A stretch of DNA of 64,000 nucleotides, from assembly GCA_030264375.1 (NCBI GenBank), contig JASCQW010000132.1, positions 95,899,851 to 95,963,850 of the forward strand, in the 5' to 3' direction. Position 1 is the stretch's first letter. Each line of letters opens with the position of its first letter. The translations under genes and the position numbers were made by a program. Under the pieces are notes generated by a model, which was not told where the DNA came from, searched no databases, and was given only the letters and a program-made list of their open reading frames with translations. Below are positions 58,720-64,000 of the stretch, piece by piece. The DNA comes from Carcharhinus longimanus (Eukaryota).

Positions 58720-59230
58720 ATTATTTATTTATTTTTATTGCCATACAGTGCAAAACACATATGTGCAGTATTAAAAAAAACAGAATAACAACATCAGAAA
58801 ACTCATACATAGAAATCACATTATATTTCTGATAAGTCTCCTAAAAGTCACCACATTTTCAACAGTGACAACAAAATCAGGCAAGGCATTCCAAGTATCA
58901 AAAATTTTATGCTAAATTGTAAAATTGCTAATATCAAGATATGAATGAACCAAATTTCTGTAGTTTATAATGATGACCAAGCAAAATACTATAATTGCAA
59001 GTAAATAACTTTTCAGGCTTAGCGATAGTAAGGCTAGATATCAATTTATAAACTGAAACTGAATCAAAAATCAGTCTTCTCTTCTCCAAAGATTGTAAAT
59101 GAAGAATTCTTAAATGCTCTTCATAAGGTATTCTCCTTATGCCTTCCATTTTCCCTGATAACATGACTTATTACACTCTCTCTATAAGCTGTATATCTCT
59201 GAAAGTGTAGATTCCAAATTAGGAGAGTAA
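58720..59230 (-). mobile_element. Divergent AT-rich CR1-group LINE 3' end
   Basis: IPYEEHLRILHLQSLEKRRLIFDSVSVYKLISSL...KLF...GHHYKLQK; FDTWNALPDFVV; (aataa)n tail. Confidence 0.75.
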
Positions 59231-60239
59231 AGTAACAACTCTTATCAATTCAATGATGTCTAATTAATTATATTCTGAGGGGATCTCAATAGCACATCCT
59301 CTGCTGAAGAATTGAATCACTGAATGATTTTCAAGAAGAATGCATGTGTGGACTCCAGATTTTGCTGTCACTTTCAGAGCAGTAATAACCGTGAACTCTC
59401 ACAGCTTTGCCATCATTACCACTGCAAAATCTAGGCTGCTATGCTCTCTCCGGCTGCAGCTGTGTTGTTCAATGCATTCCTAGATGGGTTCAATTTAGTG
59501 GCATGATTTTTAGAAGCCATTAAGTCTACCTTGAAATTGCTCTGGGAGTAAGATTGACAGGCTTCATTCTGATTCTTTTAAAGATTGTTGTACTTTTTGA
59601 GTTTTGCTCAAATTCGGATGGATTTTACATTTGAACGATTAGCAATGTTTTTCTTCGTTGGTACTGATCTCAGAGGAATGAAATTTAAGGGGGTAAGATA
59701 AATGAACATTGCAGGTTGTGCTTTCATAATCTGCCAAAGAAAATGGGTCACTTAAAATGGGACTTGATTTTTTTTTACATAGCAGAGAAGTTACACAGAA
59801 TCATACAGCACAGAAGGAGATCATGCAATCCATCTTCAATCTACCTGATCCTGCGGCCCTTCTCAGATAGCTCCCTGTCCAATTGAAAGCTAAGTTTATC
59901 AATCAAGACCTGACTTCTGTCAGGGAACCTGTTAATGCCAAAAGTTACTCACTGTGGAGTTAAAACTGCACAACATGTAGGGAAATCCAGATTTCCGGGC
60001 TGATAAGTAAACATTTCTTCACTTTCTACTGATCAAGTGGCGCCATATTCCATGGTATATGTTGCTATCTATAGCTTTATTTTCTCTTACAATCACAACA
60101 CCCAGATGTTGATCCAGCAGTGATAAATCAAATATATCACTATATATAGGTGACCTATTCCACATATTATAGTCAGGCTTTTCCCACATCAATTATTTCT
60201 TTTACCATGGTATTTTTTTCTTTTATATTCTCAAAACTG

Positions 60240-60412
60240 ATGGTAGAATTTTCCAGTCCTTCCTGCTAGTGGGATCTTCCAGTCCAGCTGAAGGTCACCT
60301 CTGCCGTGGGTTCTCCGGCAGTGGCCCATGTGAACCACGCAAAACGCTATAGACATCGGTGAGCATGGAAGACCCCATTGGTGGTTAAAGGCGAGCTGGC
60401 GGCGGAAAACAT
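60240..60412. mobile_element. MITE (GC-rich, Harbinger-like ends)
   Basis: ggtagaattttccagtcc...gggatcttcc...ggaagacccc...ggaaaac, with internal inverted symmetry. Confidence 0.55.
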
Positions 60413-60521
60413 GGGGTAACTTTTGGAATGGAGGAGGATGTGTAGTGCCTGCCCTGAGTGTTCTTCAAAATTTCTCAAGGGGAATTAGAACTCATATGCA
60501 TTTTGCCTAGTTGTAAAGATG

Positions 60522-60659
60522 TTGGCCAGATTCTCCAACCTTGACAGCAACTGGGATTCTCCAGTCCCACTGCAGTGAACAAAAATTTGGTTGAATGCCA
60601 AATTTTCCATTTGCACTGTCAGCGGCACTGGGGCACGAATGGCCAGAGAGTTCCAGCCG
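60522..60659. mobile_element. Short MITE (same family as 17880 and 39932)
   Basis: tggccagattctcc...tgcagtgaacaaaaatttggttgaatgccaaattttcc...gagagttccagccg. Confidence 0.75.
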
Positions 60660-60878
60660 ATATCTAGAATACTTAAGTATTTAACCACTGACATTGTCTG
60701 AGTGCTGTGTAAGCGAGTTCAATGATCATTTGAATTAGTCATTGAAATATAAAGAAGTGGACATCTGAGAGGCAGAGGTCATACGGGCATTGAAATCTAT
60801 GCCTCTACTATAGGAACTTCCCCATTTTAATTTTCAAGTACATTATCAACAAACATTTTTATCTTTACCTCTATGCTA

Positions 60879-61195
60879 TGGTGCAGAGGGACCTGGGGGT
60901 CCTTGTGCATGAGTCGCAAAAACCCAGCTGACAGGTGCAGCAGGTGGTCAGGAAGGCAAATGGGATGCTGGCCTTCATAGCGAGGGGGATTGAATATAAA
61001 AGTAGGGNNNNNNNNNNNNNNNNNNNNNNNNNNNNNNNNNNNNNNNNNNNNNNNNNNNNNNNNNNNNNNNNNNNNNNNNNNNNNNNNNNNNNNNNNNNNN
61101 NNNNNNNATTGAATGGCGGGGCAGGCTCGAAGGGCTAGATGGCCTACTCCTGCTCCTATTTCTTATGTTCTTATGCTCTTATGTTCTTATGTTCC
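60879..61195 (+). mobile_element. CR1 3' portion spanning a gap
   Basis: VQRDLGVLVHESQKPS*QVQQVVRKANGMLAFIARGIEYKSR, then the (ttcttatg)n tail. Confidence 0.9.
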
Positions 61196-61704
61196 CTATG
61201 ACCATTGGGAAAGAGAAGGGGCCATTACAAATCCACAACACTATTCTGAAAAAATAATTCACACATAACAAATTTTTAAAGGGTTTTTTGAGTAAATCAG
61301 AAGGTCTGTGGATGGAGGGAATCTGGATGGACATCATCCACATTGACTTCCAGAAAGTCTTTTACAAGGTACCAAACACTGGATTACTTCAGAAGATAGA
61401 ACCTATTCCTACTGATTCTTCATATCAGTAGAAATATGAAATGCTGGATTGTGAAAGTTAGAAGTGCTGGTCCCACTGATTGTACCATGAATCTGAAATC
61501 ACTGTGGTTAAAAATAAAAATCAATGTGCCCCTTCCCCATTTTGGACATTTCTGAAACTGTATGTGCAGCATTATTAGCTCTTAGCCAAGAAGCTAATAT
61601 GCTACAGTTGGCCTTTGATATGTATCTTAGACAGACAAAATTCAGTCAGGATTACCAATATTGATTTATAGCTATGATGCTAATGTGTGAGTGAAAATCA
61701 TATA

Positions 61705-62495
61705 TTTTTAAAATTCTTTCTTGGATGTGGGTATCATCGACTAGGTTAGCACCTATTATCAATCCCTGATTGCCCTTAAGAAGGTAATGGTGAGCTGCCT
61801 TCTTTAACCACTGCTACCCATGTGTTGCAGGAACCTCCACATTGCACCAGTATTTTGACCCAGCAGGACGGCAATGCTGCCCCAAATCATTTTGGTCTGT
61901 AATTTGGAGAAGAACCTGCAGGTGGTGATGTTAGTATGCATTTGCTGCCTTTTTCTCCAAAGTGATGGTGGTTGCAGGTTTGGAAGGTACCATTGAAGAA
62001 GACTTGCTGAGATGGTACACTGTGCTGCTACTTTGTGTCTGTAGTGAGAGGAGTGAATATTTAAGATGGTGGATGGGGTGCTAATCAAGTGGGCTGCTTT
62101 TCCTGGATGGTGGAGAGCTTCATCAGTGATGTTGCTACCACTCTCATCCAAGCAGGGGAAGCGTATTCCATCACACTCCTAACATGTGCTTTATAGATGG
62201 TGGACAGGCTCTGGGCAGTCAGGAGGTGAGTTATTCTCTACAGAATTCCAGCCTCTGACCTGACCTTGTAGCCACAATATTTATATGACTGGTCCAGTTT
62301 AGTTTCTGGGTCAATGGTAAAATCTCAGAATGTTTATAGTGGGATAATGGCATTGAATGTGTAGGGGTTTTGGTTAGATTCTCCCTTGTTGGAGATTGTC
62401 ATCACCTGGCACTTGTGAGGTGGGAATGGTACTTGCCACTTGTCAGCCCAAGCCTGAATAATGCCCAGGTCTTGCTGTATATGGACATGGACTAT
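61705..62495 (-). mobile_element. Family-B LINE 3' portion
   Basis: Tail aattctttcttggatgtggg. Minus strand QQDLGIIQAWADKWQV and TIYKAHVRSVMEYASPAWM. Confidence 0.9.
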
Positions 62496-62910
62496 AGTAA
62501 TGGCCCTGATTCATTAACACTGTCATGTATGAATAATGGCATTGAAATTTGCGTTTTCAGATAAGAATGGGAAGAAAGTTGGCAAGAATGAAAAGGAAAT
62601 CATTTGGTTGATGACAGTAAAGTCAAAGTAACAAAAGTAAATGAGAAAATAGGGAAAAGCATCAGACGGAAATGTGGCAAACAGGTCTAAGAGTTAAAAT
62701 TGAATTGCATTTTTAATGCTGAATTGTATCAGGCAGTTAGTGTGTGAACTATATTTGTGCCGCAATGCTGTCCACAAATGCATCATCTGACTACACTTCA
62801 GTTTTAGAGCATGACTGAGCGATTCTGATTGATCTTAAGCCACGCCCACCGAGAGTGCAAAAATTAATATAATGTGTTTTATCACACACTCCATCAAGCA
62901 ATCAAAACTT

Positions 62911-63420
62911 AGGGTGGAATTCTTCTGGCATGAGGTCCTAAGGCAGTTGACAGGGACAGAGAGTGTTTCCTGTTGCGAAGACTGTTGGGAATTTGCACCA
63001 TATCACATGAGGTCAGCCTCATTAATTATGCAGCTGGATGATTTCTTAATATTTCACATTAAGAATAGATGGCTCACAGCCTCCGTCATATTTGGAAACA
63101 TTTAAAAAGGCGCCTTGACACCACTGACCTAGCATTGAAGAAAAAAGGTGGATTTCCTGAAAGAAGATGAACATCCAGAAACATACTGAAGCTGGAAGAT
63201 TGCCCTCCTTGCAGACATTGGAGTTGGAAGATCCAGCTGATAGGTGCTTTCCCCATGCAACACTGTGTTCCAGTGTCCTGGAGGCCTCCAGTCTGAACTC
63301 TGGAGGCAGCCTCAGAACTTTTTTCTGCAGGTAAGTCTCATACCCAGCTCTGAATCAGTGTGATTTGCTGCTGGCAACATGAACTATCAGGCATGGGGTT
63401 GATACAGATCAGGCCTTCAT
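62911..63420 (+). mobile_element. Harbinger-like element 5' remnant
   Basis: tta|gggtggaattc start (TTA + GGG..GAATT TIR type), ctcattaattatgca subterminal motif, gcag|gtaagt donor at ~63330. Coding similarity is weak. Confidence 0.35.
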
Positions 63421-63454
63421 CTGCATCCCATTGACAGGATATAAATCCGTTTCA

Positions 63455-63888
63455 AAGATCAAAGAACAAAGAATAGCACCTTTGACCCACCAAGCCTGTG
63501 CTGATCATGTTGTCCTACCTAGACCAACTGCCTGTATCCCTCCACACCCCACCTATCCAGATAAGTCTTAGATGTCGCTAATGTATCTGCCTCAACCACC
63601 TTAGTTGGCAGTGCATTCGAGGCCACCCCCCCAACCACTCTCTGTGTAAAAAACTTCTCCTGCATGTCTCTCCTGAACCTTTCCCCCTTACCTTTAACTT
63701 GTGCCCCTTTGTGATTGTCATTTCTGCCCTGGGAAAATGCTTCCAACTGTTCACCTTATCTATGCCCCTCATAATTTTATAAACTTCTATTAGGATGCCC
63801 CTCAGCCTCTGTCTTTTCACAGAGAACAATGTCAGTTTATCCCATTATCCGAATGGCTAATACCCTCCATACCAGGCAACATCCTGCT
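63455..63888 (-). mobile_element. CR1 3' portion
   Basis: KRQRLRGILIEVYKIMRGIDKVN..FPRAEMTITKGHKLKVRG; FFTQRVV..NALPTKVVEADTLAT.KTYLDR. Confidence 0.9.
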
Positions 63889-64000
63889 GTAGAGAGGTGT
63901 GACGAAAGCTGAAGGAAAGAGAGCAGAACCTTGGCTCCTAAATTCCTTGCTCATCCATTCCCCCTCCCATCACACTCTCCATTCCACAGAGCAAATCTTG

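Noticed and set aside
61405-61437. 13-bp hairpin tattcctactgat/atcagtagaaata
   Set aside because: Short, at the edge of a CR1 fragment, and with no other evidence.

Overview
This is eukaryotic, vertebrate DNA. The repeat content points to an elasmobranch (shark): HE1-type tRNA SINEs, shark-type CR1 tails and Penelope termini. The window is intronic or intergenic, and most of it is decayed, nested transposable elements. These include many CR1 3' ends, a second CR1/L2-group LINE family ('family B'), L2 and Rex/Babar-like tails, four Gypsy remnants, several solo LTRs, a Penelope-like RT pseudogene with short Penelope termini, and at least four Harbinger relics (one HARBI1-type DDE transposase pseudogene and three intron-containing Myb/SANT partner genes) with many derived MITEs. 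I recognise no intact host protein-coding gene, and nearly all listed ORFs are spurious or TE fragments. The most interesting signals are: (1) a LINE whose APE endonuclease sits directly behind a tRNA-derived Pol III head, plus its head+tail SINE derivative; (2) a LINE flanked by a ~130-bp TSD-like direct repeat, with an inverted 'empty-site' paralog 4 kb away; (3) a candidate minus-strand spliced exon pair with a textbook 92-nt intron at 55.3-55.7 kb; (4) a dense TGACAG (MEIS/TALE) motif cluster in unique DNA; (5) a decayed hammerhead ribozyme and hairpin Penelope termini. All family assignments are by-eye recognition and boundaries are approximate. Several 100-N gaps have duplicated flanks and are probably assembly overlaps.
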